Below are positions 1-8,772 of a stretch of 43,219 bases of DNA, piece after piece (positions within the stretch are counted from its first letter, which is position 1; each line of letters starts with the position of its first letter). The notes beneath the pieces were generated by a model. The model was not told the origin of the DNA. It was given only the letters and a program-made list of their open reading frames with translations, and made no database searches. A program made the translations under genes and the position numbers. Source of the stretch: an uncultured Candidatus Saccharibacteria bacterium (GTDB taxonomy: Bacteria; Patescibacteriota; Minisyncoccia; Minisyncoccales; CG1-02-41-26); NCBI GenBank assembly GCA_964651635.1, contig CAZYWT010000004.1:1-43219 (forward strand), read 5' to 3'.

Positions 1-76
1 GCAAGAAATTATTGAGGGAAAAAGATAAATTAAAAAAAGCGGTAAAATAAAATAAAAAAAATAGATAAATAAAATT

Positions 77-460
77 ATGAATTTGGAAAGTTTCAAACCA
101 AAAAAAGGAGAAAAATTTATTTTTGTGGAAAACGGCGAGCCGAAGGCGGTTTTAGTTTCTTTTGACGATTATAGAAAAATGGAGCGAGAGGAAAACGAAA
201 ATTTAGAAAATGAGCGTCTTTTGGGCGAAGAAGGAGCCAATAGTTTATTTTATCAAAGGGCTAAAGCTGCCGAGTCCGAAGAGTCGGATAAAGAAAATCA
301 AGAGAGTTCCCGAAAAGCGGATACATATTCCACTTATAGAGAATACGAAGATGCTCAAAAGGACGAAGAAGAGGAGGAGGACGAGAACGAAGAAAACGAA
401 AATCGGGAAAAAGAAAAGGACTTGCAGGAAACTTTAACGGTGGAAGATTTACCCTTTTAA
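77..460 (+). CDS. Phd/YefM-like small domain protein with long acidic tail ending in EDLPF
   Basis: 127-aa ORF. The N-terminal ~40 aa (KFIFVENGEPKAVLVSFDDYRKM) resemble the Phd/YefM antitoxin fold signature. The rest is E/D/N-rich low complexity and ends ...TVEDLPF. Confidence 0.45.
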   Translation: MNLESFKPKKGEKFIFVENGEPKAVLVSFDDYRKMEREENENLENERLLGEEGANSLFYQRAKAAESEESDKENQESSRKADTYSTYREYEDAQKDEEEEEDENEENENREKEKDLQETLTVEDLPF

Positions 461-469
461 AAAACAAGG

Positions 470-498
470 TTGACAAGGTAAAAATAAAATTATAAATT
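470..498 (+). promoter_or_regulatory. candidate sigma70-type promoter upstream of tuf
   Basis: Perfect TTGACA at 470-475. A-T rich -10 candidates are TATAAA at 491-496 (15-nt spacer) or TAAATT at 493-498 (17-nt spacer). Confidence 0.35.
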
Positions 499-618
499 AA
501 ATTTATAAACATATTAAAAGCGAGAATACGGCTTTTTCTAAATATAGCTTAGCGGATAAATTCTAACGCCAGCGGCTACATTTAGGGAAGGAACATATTC
601 CGTAAAAACAAAAAATTT

Positions 619-1818
619 ATGGCCGAAAAAGAAAAATTTGAAAGGGGCAAACCCCACCTAAATATCGGAACAATTGGTCATGTTGACCATGGAAAAACAA
701 CTTTGACCGCCGCTCTTTTGAAATATATTGAATTAAAGGGTTGGAAAGGTTCTCACAAAACTGTGGAAGAGATTGATTCCGCTCCCGAGGAAAAGACAAG
801 AGGAGTTACTATTAACATTAGTCATACTGAATTTGAGACCGAAAAAAGACATTACGCCCTTATTGATTGTCCCGGACACGCCGACTATATTAAAAATATG
901 ATTACCGGCGCCGCTCAAATGGACGGAGCTATTTTGGTTGTTTCCGCCGCCGACGGACCTATGCCTCAAACAAGAGAGCATATTTTATTGGCTCGGCAAG
1001 TGGGTCTCCCTTCTTTGCTCGTGTTTTTGAATAAGACAGACCAAGTAGACGACCCCGAAATGTTGGAACTTGTGGAATCCGAGTTAAGAGAACTTTTGAA
1101 TAAATACGAGTTCCCGGGCGACGAAACGCCTATTATAAGAGGTTCCGCTCTTAAAGCGTTAGATGCTTCTTCGGTTGATGACGAAGCCATAAAACCAGCG
1201 GGAGAATTGCTCCAAAAAATAGACGAATTTATCCCCCAGCCGAAAAGGGCGCTTGACCAGCCGTTTCTTATGGGAATTGAGGATGTGTTTACAATAGAAG
1301 GCAGAGGAACCGTTACCACCGGCAGAATAGAAAGGGGAGTTGTTAAACCGGGCGAAGAAGTGGAAATTGTCGGATTAAAAGATACCCAAAAAACAATCGC
1401 CACCAGCGTAGAGATGTTTAAGAAAGTTTTGGACCAAGGAGAAGCCGGAGACAATGTTGGAATTTTGTTAAGAGGCGTTAAAAAAGAGGATGTGGAAAGG
1501 GGGCAAGTTTTGTGCAAACCAGGCTCAATGACTCCGCACAGCGAGTTTGAAGCCGAAGTTTATGTTTTATCCAAAGAGGAAGGCGGAAGACATACACCGT
1601 TTTTTGCCGGTTATAAACCCCAGTTTTATATCCGAACCTCCGATATTACCGGAGATGTAACGCTACCGGAAGGAACGGAAATGGTAATGCCGGGAGATAC
1701 TGTAACATTTAAGGTAAAACTTATCGCTCCGGTAGCCCTAGAAGAGCAGCAAAGGTTTGCCATTAGAGAAGGAGGAAAAACGGTTGGAGCTGGAGTGGTA
1801 ACAAAAATGATTAAATAA
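619..1818 (+). CDS. tuf: elongation factor Tu
   Basis: 399-aa ORF with [17 protein letters not shown] and NKTD GTPase motifs. Full-length EF-Tu-like sequence. Confidence 0.98.
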   Translation: MAEKEKFERGKPHLNIGTIGHVDHGKTTLTAALLKYIELKGWKGSHKTVEEIDSAPEEKTRGVTINISHTEFETEKRHYALIDCPGHADYIKNMITGAAQMDGAILVVSAADGPMPQTREHILLARQVGLPSLLVFLNKTDQVDDPEMLELVESELRELLNKYEFPGDETPIIRGSALKALDASSVDDEAIKPAGELLQKIDEFIPQPKRALDQPFLMGIEDVFTIEGRGTVTTGRIERGVVKPGEEVEIVGLKDTQKTIATSVEMFKKVLDQGEAGDNVGILLRGVKKEDVERGQVLCKPGSMTPHSEFEAEVYVLSKEEGGRHTPFFAGYKPQFYIRTSDITGDVTLPEGTEMVMPGDTVTFKVKLIAPVALEEQQRFAIREGGKTVGAGVVTKMIK

Positions 1819-1833
1819 GGAAAAAGAGTTAGT

Positions 1834-1860
1834 AAAAGCCGACGGTGTCCGTCGGTTTTT
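1834..1860 (+). terminator. intrinsic terminator/attenuator hairpin between tuf and rpsJ
   Basis: CCGACGG-tgt-CCGTCGG stem-loop (1839-1855) followed by TTTTT, 20 nt before the rpsJ start. Confidence 0.7.
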
Positions 1861-1879
1861 ACAACTTTGTTAATTAAAA

Positions 1880-2233
1880 ATGCCAACAGAAGCGAAGGAA
1901 AAAACAAAAAAAACAAAAGAGGAAGCGGGAAACAAAATTAAAATAAAGCTTCGTTCCTACGACAGCAGAGTAATAGATAAAAGTTGCCGCCAGATAGTTG
2001 AATTATCCCATAGAGCCGGGCTAAAAATAGCGGGTCCCGTGCCTTTGCCTACGGAGAAGAAAAAATATACTGTTCATCGCTCAACTTTTGTTAACGAAGA
2101 TTCCAGAGAGCAGTTTGAAGTGAGAATACACAAGCGATTGATAGAAGTGTTAAATCCCAACCAAAGATTTATAGAGTTTTTAAGGGAGCTCACGCTTCCC
2201 ACGGGAGTTGAAATTGAGGTAAAAACACTATAA
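1880..2233 (+). CDS. rpsJ: 30S ribosomal protein S10 (uS10) with short Lys-rich N-terminal extension
   Basis: 117-aa ORF. Core IKIKLRSYD...LPTEKKKYTVHRS...HKRLIEV is typical of uS10. It holds the first position of the S10 operon. Confidence 0.95.
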   Translation: MPTEAKEKTKKTKEEAGNKIKIKLRSYDSRVIDKSCRQIVELSHRAGLKIAGPVPLPTEKKKYTVHRSTFVNEDSREQFEVRIHKRLIEVLNPNQRFIEFLRELTLPTGVEIEVKTL

Positions 2234-2317
2234 TATATGTAAAAGATTTTTTTTTAATGTCTTAGTTTTACAAAATGCCGGGCTAAGTCCTGGTATTTAA
2301 TTATATAAATTATAAAT

Positions 2318-2863
2318 ATGTCCGTAATATTAGGCAGAAAATTAAAGATGTCAACGATTTTCAAAGATAAAAAAGCGATACCCGTTACCCTTATTCAAGG
2401 AGGTCATTGTTCTGTGATAGACAAAAAAACAAAGAAAAGAGACGGTTACGAAGCGATGAAAGTGAAATTAGAAGGAACTTCTTTTATAAGGGAGTTTCCA
2501 AAACGAAAAGGAATTAAAAAGGGGGATACAATTACTCTCTCTTTTTTTCAAGAAGGAGATAAATTAAAAATAACGGGGATTAGCAAGGGCAAAGGATTTC
2601 AGGGAGGAGTTAAAAGATGGGGTTTTCACGGGCGAAACGCTACTCACGGAGTAAAGCACGAAGAAAGGAAAATTGGTTCGGTGGGCGCCACTGGTCCCGA
2701 GAAAGTTTTTAAGGGCAAGAAAATGCCCGGCAGAATGGGGGCGGAGAAAAAAACGGTTCATAATCTAAAAGTGGTTGCTGTGGACGAGGAAAACAAAGTT
2801 TTAGCCGTAAAGGGCGCTGTGCCCGGGCCGCCGGGCGGATTTTTGAAAATTAAGAAAATATGA
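2318..2863 (+). CDS. rplC: 50S ribosomal protein L3 (uL3)
   Basis: 181-aa ORF with ILGRKLKMSTIF start and KGKGFQGGVKRWGF motif. Synteny after rpsJ. Confidence 0.95.
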   Translation: MSVILGRKLKMSTIFKDKKAIPVTLIQGGHCSVIDKKTKKRDGYEAMKVKLEGTSFIREFPKRKGIKKGDTITLSFFQEGDKLKITGISKGKGFQGGVKRWGFHGRNATHGVKHEERKIGSVGATGPEKVFKGKKMPGRMGAEKKTVHNLKVVAVDEENKVLAVKGAVPGPPGGFLKIKKI

Positions 2864-3483
2864 GTGTAATTTGTTACGACAAAAAAGGGAAAGAATTAAA
2901 AAAGAGAAAGATTTCAAAGGAAATTTTGGGCGAAGCAAATGCCAACTTGTTAAAACAAGTTTATGTTTGCGAGTATTCCAACAAAAGACAAGGAGCGGCT
3001 CATAGCAAAGACAGAGGAGAAAAAAGAGGAGGAGGCCGAAAGCCATGGAGGCAAAAAGGAACGGGACGAGCTCGCCATGGAAGCAGAAGGTCCCCTATAT
3101 GGCGAGGGGGAGGGGTAACATTCGGACCCAGAAATGAAAGAAATTACAAAAAAGCGATTACCGAAAAAGTGAAGAAAAAAGCCGTGGAAATGGCTTGGGC
3201 GGAGAAAATGAAAGCGGGGAAACTTGTTTTACTTGACGATATTTCGTTAAAATCAAGCAAAACAAAAGAAGTTGCCGAAATCTTAAAAAATTTGCCGATT
3301 TTCGGCTCGGTTTTAATAGTGACGCCCTCTTATCAAAAAAATTGGGTTTTATCTGCTCGGAACATTCCAAAAGTAAAGGTCTGTCCGTTTTCGGAAATTA
3401 CAACATTTAATATTTTGAGTCATAATTTTGTAGTAATGGACGAGGAAACATTTTCTAAAAAATTAAAAAATTTAAGTAAATAA
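2860..3483 (+). CDS. rplD: 50S ribosomal protein L4 (uL4)
   Basis: 207-aa ORF with KPWRQKGTGRARHGSRRSPIWRGGGV motif. ATGA overlap with the rplC stop. Confidence 0.95.
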   Translation: MSVICYDKKGKELKKRKISKEILGEANANLLKQVYVCEYSNKRQGAAHSKDRGEKRGGGRKPWRQKGTGRARHGSRRSPIWRGGGVTFGPRNERNYKKAITEKVKKKAVEMAWAEKMKAGKLVLLDDISLKSSKTKEVAEILKNLPIFGSVLIVTPSYQKNWVLSARNIPKVKVCPFSEITTFNILSHNFVVMDEETFSKKLKNLSK

Positions 3484-3487
3484 ATTT

Positions 3488-3979
3488 ATGAGTATTTTTA
3501 AGAAAAAAGATAAAGAGAAAAAAGTAAAAAAAGGGAAAGAGGAAGAGAAAGAAAGAAAAGTAGAAGTAGATGAAAATAAAGCCAGCAAAAAAATGTCTTT
3601 CGTTAAAAACAAGAAAAAAGAAAAAAAAGAGGAGGCGGAGAAAAAAGGGAAAACAACCGACGCCAAGAAAAAAGAGGAAAAATCCGCAAAATCCGCCAGA
3701 ATCGCTTATAGAACCTTAATATCTCCCCATATTACCGAAAAAGCCAACAACTTAAGCGAGGAGAGAAAATATATTTTTAGAGTTTTCAAAAATGCCAATA
3801 AAGTTATGATAAAGAAATCGGTGGAGGAGGTTTACAATACCCCGGTGGAAAAAGTTATGATAATCAATGTCCGTCCCAAAAAAAGACGATTAGGCAGAGT
3901 GGAAGGAAAGAAACCGGGCTATAAAAAAGCCATAGTTAAATTAAAAGAAGGCCATTCAATAGAGGCAACGCCAAAATAA
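3488..3979 (+). CDS. rplW: 50S ribosomal protein L23 (uL23) with ~70-aa Lys/Glu-rich N-terminal extension
   Basis: 163-aa ORF. The C-terminal ~95 aa (LISPHITEKA...YIFRV...KKAIVKL) is uL23. The N-terminal K/E low-complexity stretch is extra. Confidence 0.9.
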   Translation: MSIFKKKDKEKKVKKGKEEEKERKVEVDENKASKKMSFVKNKKKEKKEEAEKKGKTTDAKKKEEKSAKSARIAYRTLISPHITEKANNLSEERKYIFRVFKNANKVMIKKSVEEVYNTPVEKVMIINVRPKKRRLGRVEGKKPGYKKAIVKLKEGHSIEATPK

Positions 3980-3988
3980 TAAAACTTT

Positions 3989-4801
3989 ATGAGTAAAACA
4001 ATTGTTAGCAAAAAAAAGCCGGAAAAACGGCTCACAAGGATAATAAAAAAGAAGGGAGGCAGGAATAATACGGGCAGGATTACAATGCGTCATAAAGGAG
4101 GAGGCGCTAAAAGAAAATACCGAATTATTGAATTCGGCGAGAAACTTGTCTGCCGGCAGGCAGGGGGTTTTCCCTACAAGGCTCGGGTTCTTGCCATAGA
4201 ATACGACCCCAACAGAACCGCTTATATCGCTTTAATGGAGAAAGAAGATAGCAAAGAAAAATTTTATATTATAGCCCCGGAAAAGTTAAAAGAAGGAGAT
4301 GTTATAGAAGTGGGGGAGAAAGCTCCAATTTTACCCGGTAATAGAATGCGTCTTTTTAACATTCCTTCCGGAACTGTTGTGTCTTCCGTGGAACTTTTTC
4401 CCGGGCAAGGAGCCAAAATAGCTCGTTCGGCGGGAAATTGGTGTCAAACGATGGGAGTGGAAGGAAAATATGTAAATTTGATTATGCCATCCACGGAAAT
4501 AAGAAAAGTTTTGGGAAATTGCTTTGCCACAATTGGAGCGGTTTCTCGGGGAGAACATAGATTTGAAAAAGCGAGAAAAGCGGGGGACAGCAGAAATAGA
4601 GGGATAAGACCCACCGTTCGCGGCTCTGCTATGAATCCCGTGGACCATCCGCATGGAGGAGGAGAGGGAAAAGCTCCCGTGGGATTAAAACATCCCAAAA
4701 CCCCTTGGGGTAAAGTAGCTCGAGGAGGAAAAACAAGAAATCCCAAAAAATGGACAAACAAATTGATAACAAAAAGGAGAAAAAAGAAGAAAAAGAAATA
4801 A
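3989..4801 (+). CDS. rplB: 50S ribosomal protein L2 (uL2)
   Basis: 270-aa ORF with IEYDPNRTA and MNPVDHPHGGGEG motifs. Confidence 0.97.
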   Translation: MSKTIVSKKKPEKRLTRIIKKKGGRNNTGRITMRHKGGGAKRKYRIIEFGEKLVCRQAGGFPYKARVLAIEYDPNRTAYIALMEKEDSKEKFYIIAPEKLKEGDVIEVGEKAPILPGNRMRLFNIPSGTVVSSVELFPGQGAKIARSAGNWCQTMGVEGKYVNLIMPSTEIRKVLGNCFATIGAVSRGEHRFEKARKAGDSRNRGIRPTVRGSAMNPVDHPHGGGEGKAPVGLKHPKTPWGKVARGGKTRNPKKWTNKLITKRRKKKKKK

Positions 4802-4807
4802 AAAAAT

Positions 4808-5098
4808 ATGGCGAGAAAAAGTTTAAAAAAACAACCGTATATAGACAAACGACTTCTCAAAAAAATTTCCGACTTGGAAAAGGGAAGTAAGCTCCCCGTA
4901 AAAACTTGGTCGAGAAGCGCCATTATAACTCCGGAAATGGTGGGCTATACTTTTGCCGTTCACAATGGCAAAGAGCATATCCCCGTTTATGTTTCCGAAG
5001 AAATGGTCGGACACAAATTGGGAGAATTTTCTCCGACTACCAAGTTTTTTAAGCATGGAGGAAGAATGGAAAAAGAAGCGGCAAGAAAACCGCAATAA
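4808..5098 (+). CDS. rpsS: 30S ribosomal protein S19 (uS19)
   Basis: 96-aa ORF with [12 protein letters not shown]...MVGHKLGEF motif. Confidence 0.96.
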   Translation: MARKSLKKQPYIDKRLLKKISDLEKGSKLPVKTWSRSAIITPEMVGYTFAVHNGKEHIPVYVSEEMVGHKLGEFSPTTKFFKHGGRMEKEAARKPQ

Positions 5099-5137
5099 AA
5101 ATAGCCGTATTATTAGTTGTTTTATTATTAAAGATTT

Positions 5138-5473
5138 ATGAAAGTGGAAGCAAAATTAAAACATTTAAGAATATCCCCCCGAAAAACAAGGTTGGTGGCC
5201 AACCTTATAAGGGGAAAGAAAGCCGAAGAGGCGCGGGCGCTTTTAAGGCATACAAGAAAAAGAGCGGCTCGTCCGATGTTAAAACTTTTAGAGAGCGCCA
5301 TAGCAAACGCCAAAAACAATTTTGAACTTGACGAAAAAGGACTAATTGTGTCAGAATTGTCGGTGGACGAAGGTTCAAAATTAAAAAGATGGCGGGCAAG
5401 AGCGAGGGGGCAAGCCGCCAGAATAGAAAAAAGAACAAGCCATATAAATATGACATTGGAGAAAAAAGAATAA
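5138..5473 (+). CDS. rplV: 50S ribosomal protein L22 (uL22)
   Basis: 111-aa ORF with LRISPRKTRLVANLIRGK motif. Synteny. Confidence 0.95.
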   Translation: MKVEAKLKHLRISPRKTRLVANLIRGKKAEEARALLRHTRKRAARPMLKLLESAIANAKNNFELDEKGLIVSELSVDEGSKLKRWRARARGQAARIEKRTSHINMTLEKKE

Positions 5474-5478
5474 AAATT

Positions 5479-6123
5479 ATGAGCCAAAACACCCATCCAA
5501 AAATTTTAAGAATAGGAGAAAATCAAACTTGGAGTTCGCAAGGATTTTACAGCGATTATCCTTCGCTTTTGAAAGAGGATTTTAAGATAAGAGATTTTTT
5601 GGAGCAAAATCTTCCCGCCAACTCTGTTGAAGAGATAGAAATAGAAAGAGAAAGAGGTAAAGTTAAGGTTATAATAAAAACTTCTCGTCCCGCTCTTATA
5701 ATAGGAAGGGGCGGTGAAGGAGTGGAAAGAATTAAAAAGCAAATTGATAAAATTTTGGAGCGAAAAAATAAAAAATCCAAAAGAGAATTAAAAATAGATA
5801 TTGTTACCGTAAAAGATGTTTGGGCTTCCGCTCCTTTGGCGAGCAAGTGGATTGCTTCTCAACTTGAAAAAAGAATGCCGTTTAGGCGAGCGATAAAAAT
5901 GGCGATGAGAAAAATAATGGCGGCGAAAGAAGTGAAGGGAGCGAGAGTTCAAGTAACGGGCAGGTTAAACGGAATTGATATAGCCAGAAAAGAATGGCTC
6001 CAAGAAGGAAATCTTCCTCGCCACAAAATAAGAGCGAACATTGATTACGGTTTTGCGCAGGCAAAATGCGGATACGGAGTAATTGGAGTAAAGGTTTGGA
6101 TTTTTAAGGGAGAAAATGTTTAA
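5479..6123 (+). CDS. rpsC: 30S ribosomal protein S3 (uS3)
   Basis: The track ORF 5389-6123 overlaps rplV. The in-frame ATG at 5479 (MSQNTHPKILRIG) gives a canonical uS3 N-terminus with KH-domain GRGGEG motif. Confidence 0.93.
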   Translation: MSQNTHPKILRIGENQTWSSQGFYSDYPSLLKEDFKIRDFLEQNLPANSVEEIEIERERGKVKVIIKTSRPALIIGRGGEGVERIKKQIDKILERKNKKSKRELKIDIVTVKDVWASAPLASKWIASQLEKRMPFRRAIKMAMRKIMAAKEVKGARVQVTGRLNGIDIARKEWLQEGNLPRHKIRANIDYGFAQAKCGYGVIGVKVWIFKGENV

Positions 6124-6126
6124 AAT

Positions 6127-6534
6127 ATGTTATTAGAGCCAAAGAAAATGAAATACCGAAAATGGCAGAAAGGAAGAACAAAAGGAAAAGAAAACAGGGG
6201 AGTGGATTTGGCTTTTGGCGCTTTTGGGCTAAAATCATTAGAAGCAAAATGGATAAAATCCTCCCAAATAGAAGCGGGCAGGAAGGCTATCACCAAAGCG
6301 TTAAAAAGAAAAGGGAAAACCTGGATTAGAATTTTTCCCTACAAGCCAGTAACGCAAAAAGGAGCCGAAGTTGGTATGGGAGGGGGGAAAGGCGCTTTGA
6401 GCCATTATGTTTTTCCGATAAGGCCGGGCAGAATTATTTATGAAATTGACGGAGTGGAGGAAACGGCGGCGCGGCTGGCTCTTAAAAGGGCGTCCGCCAA
6501 ACTTCCCGTGCGAACAAGATTTATAAAAAGATAA
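6127..6534 (+). CDS. rplP: 50S ribosomal protein L16 (uL16)
   Basis: 135-aa ORF with MLLEPKKMKYRK start and GMGGGKG motif. Confidence 0.96.
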   Translation: MLLEPKKMKYRKWQKGRTKGKENRGVDLAFGAFGLKSLEAKWIKSSQIEAGRKAITKALKRKGKTWIRIFPYKPVTQKGAEVGMGGGKGALSHYVFPIRPGRIIYEIDGVEETAARLALKRASAKLPVRTRFIKR

Positions 6535-6539
6535 TATTT

Positions 6540-6770
6540 ATGGTAAAAAGAATTGAAACATTAAAAGAATTTAGGGAAATGAAGGAAGCAAACTTAAAAA
6601 AATTTTTAGAAGAAAAAAGAGAAAAATTACGGGAGATGAGATTTAATCATTCCGCCGGACAATTAAAAAAGGTTGATGATATTAAAAAAACAAAAAAAGA
6701 TATAGCGAGGATTTTAACGCTATTAAAGCAAAAAAGCGACGCTAACTCCAAAACCAAAGCTGTTTCGTAA
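6540..6770 (+). CDS. rpmC: 50S ribosomal protein L29 (uL29)
   Basis: 76-aa helical ORF at the syntenic position (LREMRFNHSAGQLK). Confidence 0.85.
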   Translation: MVKRIETLKEFREMKEANLKKFLEEKREKLREMRFNHSAGQLKKVDDIKKTKKDIARILTLLKQKSDANSKTKAVS

Positions 6771-6807
6771 TTTTTGGTTTATGCGTAAGGGTTTGAGTTA
6801 AAAAAAT

Positions 6808-6866
6808 TCCAAGCCAAAATTGCTCCGCAATTTGGCAGGGGAAAGGGTAAGAAATTCTAATATATG
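6808..6866 (+). promoter_or_regulatory. conserved ~60-nt leader upstream of rpsQ, paralogous to the rpsN leader
   Basis: TCCAAGCCAAAATTGCTCCGCAATTTGGCAGGGGAAAGGGTAAGAAATTCTAATATATG is ~85% identical to 8773-8832. It contains a CCAAAATTGC-tcc-GCAATTTGG hairpin. Confidence 0.6.
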
Positions 6867-7100
6867 TCAAAAAAGAGATTAAAAGGAACAATTATTTCGG
6901 ACAAAATGGATAAAACCGCCGTAGTTAGAGTGGAAACTTTAAAAAAACATCCCAAATACAGGAAAAGGGTTAGGATGTTTAAAAAATATATGGCGGACAA
7001 TCCAAACAATAATCGCAAAGAAGGGGAGGAGGTAATTATAGAAGAATCCCATCCTCTTTCCAAACGAAAAAAGTGGAGGATAGTGGAAGGAGAAAAATAA
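6864..7100 (+). CDS. rpsQ: 30S ribosomal protein S17 (uS17)
   Basis: 78-aa ORF with KGTIISDKMDKTAVVRVE...HPKYRK motif. Confidence 0.94.
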   Translation: MSKKRLKGTIISDKMDKTAVVRVETLKKHPKYRKRVRMFKKYMADNPNNNRKEGEEVIIEESHPLSKRKKWRIVEGEK

Positions 7101-7104
7101 ATTT

Positions 7105-7473
7105 ATGATACAAGAAGGAACAAGATTAAAAGTCGCGGATAACACGGGAGCAAAAATCGTGGAGTGCTTTCGAGTGCTGGGCGGAACAAGAAAAAGATAC
7201 GCTAAAATTGGGGATAGGATAAAAGCCGCCGTAAAAGTTGCCGAGCCGAGAAAAGAAGTGAAAACCCACGATGTAGTAAATGCTGTTGTGGTTCGCCAAA
7301 AAAAGGAAATTAAAAGGGAAGACGGCTCCTACATTCGTTTTGACGAAAATGCCTGTTGTTTAATAAACGACGAGGGGCTTCCTCGCGGAAACAGAATTTT
7401 AGGTCCTATTCCGAGAGAGTTAAAACAAAAAGGTTTTGATAAAATTGTTACGCTGGCAAAAGATGTTGTCTAA
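7105..7473 (+). CDS. rplN: 50S ribosomal protein L14 (uL14)
   Basis: 122-aa ORF with MIQEGTRLKVADNTGAK start. Confidence 0.97.
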   Translation: MIQEGTRLKVADNTGAKIVECFRVLGGTRKRYAKIGDRIKAAVKVAEPRKEVKTHDVVNAVVVRQKKEIKREDGSYIRFDENACCLINDEGLPRGNRILGPIPRELKQKGFDKIVTLAKDVV

Positions 7474-7476
7474 ATT

Positions 7477-7797
7477 ATGAAAATCAAAAAAGACGATACA
7501 ATTTTAATAATAAAGGGCAAGGACAAAGGAAAGAAGAGTAAAGTTTTACGAACATACCCCAAAGAATATAAAATTTTGGCGGAAAATATTAATATAAAGA
7601 AAAAAAGAAAAAGAGGGAGAAAAGAGGGAGAAAAGGGACAAACGGTGGAAATATCGGCTCCTTTTTTTGCCTCCAAAGCCAAGATTATTTGTCCGAAATG
7701 CGGAAAACTGACTCGTATTGGATATAAAATAAAGAGCGGAAAAGAAAGCGGAAGAGAAAAAACAAGAGTTTGCAAGAAATGCGAAAAAGAAATATAA
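7477..7797 (+). CDS. rplX: 50S ribosomal protein L24 (uL24), CxxC...CxxC zinc-ribbon variant
   Basis: 106-aa ORF with KIKKDDTILIIKGKDKGK KOW motif. C-terminus is CPKCGKLTRIGYK...CKKC. Confidence 0.92.
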   Translation: MKIKKDDTILIIKGKDKGKKSKVLRTYPKEYKILAENINIKKKRKRGRKEGEKGQTVEISAPFFASKAKIICPKCGKLTRIGYKIKSGKESGREKTRVCKKCEKEI

Positions 7798-8313
7798 AAA
7801 TGTAAAACTGATTTATGTTAAATATAGAAGAACAATATAAAAAGCGGGGAATCCCAAATCTTATGAAAGCAATGGGATATAAAAATAAAATGGAAGTCCC
7901 TCGCCTTGTTAAGGTTGTGATAAATTGCGGATTTGGAGGCAAGGTGGCGGAAAATATTAATATAAAGAAAAAAAGAAAAAGAGGAAGAAAAGAGGGAGAA
8001 AAGGGACAAACGGTGGAAATATCGGCTCCTTTTTTTGCCTCCAAAGCCAAGATTATTTGTCCGAAATGCGGAAAACTGACTCGTATTGGATATAAAATAA
8101 AGAGCGGAAAAGAAAGCGGAAGAGAAAAAACAAGAGTTTGCAAGAAATGCGAAAAAGAAATATAAAAATGTAAAACTGATTTATGTTAAATATAGAAGAA
8201 CAATATAAAAAGCGGGGAATCCCAAATCTTATGAAAGCAATGGGATATAAAAATAAAATGGAAGTCCCTCGCCTTGTTAAGGTTGTGATAAATTGCGGAT
8301 TTGGAGGCAAGGT
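7578..8313 (+). repeat. tandem duplication, 2 x 368 bp, spanning the rplX 3' part, the intergenic spacer and the rplE 5' part
   Basis: 7578-7945 and 7946-8313 align at offset 368 with a single mismatch (G at 7617 vs A at 7985). GGCGG microhomology is present at 7578, 7946 and 8314. Confidence 0.9.
7815..8165 (+). CDS. chimeric in-frame ORF: uL5 N-terminus (about 45 aa) fused to the uL24 C-terminus (about 71 aa)
   Basis: Created by the 368-bp duplication. The reading frame is maintained across the junction (..GGKVA|ENINIKKK..). It may be a real paralog or an assembly artefact. Confidence 0.4.
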   Translation: MLNIEEQYKKRGIPNLMKAMGYKNKMEVPRLVKVVINCGFGGKVAENINIKKKRKRGRKEGEKGQTVEISAPFFASKAKIICPKCGKLTRIGYKIKSGKESGREKTRVCKKCEKEI

Positions 8314-8743
8314 GGCGGGGAAAAATTTGTCGGAGAGAAAGAAAATAGGAGAGGAGATAAAAAATGTTTTATCCTCTATTACCGGGCAAGCGCCCGCAAT
8401 TTGTTCGGCAAAAAAATCGGAGTCAGCTTTTAAGTTAAGGAAAGGATTGGAGATTGGAGCAAAAGTCACTTTAAGAGGAAAGAAATCTTATGATTTTTTA
8501 GCCAAACTTATTGGGATAGTTTTGCCCCGAACAAGGGATTTTAAAGGATTAAACTTGAAATCTGTGGATAAGCAAGGTAATCTAACAGTTGGCTTTAAGG
8601 ATTATAGTCCCTTTCCCGAAGTAAAGGTTGGCAAAGAGAAAAATCTTTTTGGTTTTGAAATAACGGCGGTAACCAGCGTCAAAAATCGCGAAGAAGGAAT
8701 TGCTTTTTTGAAAGAATTGGGAGTGCCTTTCAAAAAACAATAA
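8183..8743 (+). CDS. rplE: 50S ribosomal protein L5 (uL5)
   Basis: 186-aa ORF. PRLVKVVINCGFG and GFKDYSPFPE motifs are typical of uL5. Confidence 0.95.
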   Translation: MLNIEEQYKKRGIPNLMKAMGYKNKMEVPRLVKVVINCGFGGKVAGKNLSERKKIGEEIKNVLSSITGQAPAICSAKKSESAFKLRKGLEIGAKVTLRGKKSYDFLAKLIGIVLPRTRDFKGLNLKSVDKQGNLTVGFKDYSPFPEVKVGKEKNLFGFEITAVTSVKNREEGIAFLKELGVPFKKQ

Positions 8744-8772
8744 TTAAAAACCAAGATATTTAGAAAAGAAAC

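Noticed and set aside
541-618. Possible tRNA upstream of tuf, where tRNA genes often precede tuf.
   Set aside because: No acceptor/T-arm pairing or GTTCRANYC T-loop could be drawn in 500-618 on either strand. It is treated as the 5' untranslated leader.
5389-5478. Extended N-termini offered by the ORF track for rpsC (5389), rpsH (8939), holB (30540), the MNT gene (22248), the restriction gene (39384) and the 42624 ORF.
   Set aside because: Each extension overlaps the preceding gene, tRNA or terminator. In every case an internal ATG reproduces the canonical family N-terminus or has a proper ribosome-binding site or promoter.
210-6064. Numerous alternative-frame and antisense ORFs inside tuf and r-protein genes (for example 210-437, 966-1517, 3472-3666, 4444-4923, 5128-5496).
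   Set aside because: They overlap high-confidence conserved genes. They have low-complexity or Ser/Phe/Leu-rich compositions typical of antisense translation of K/E-rich genes. They lack ribosome-binding sites.
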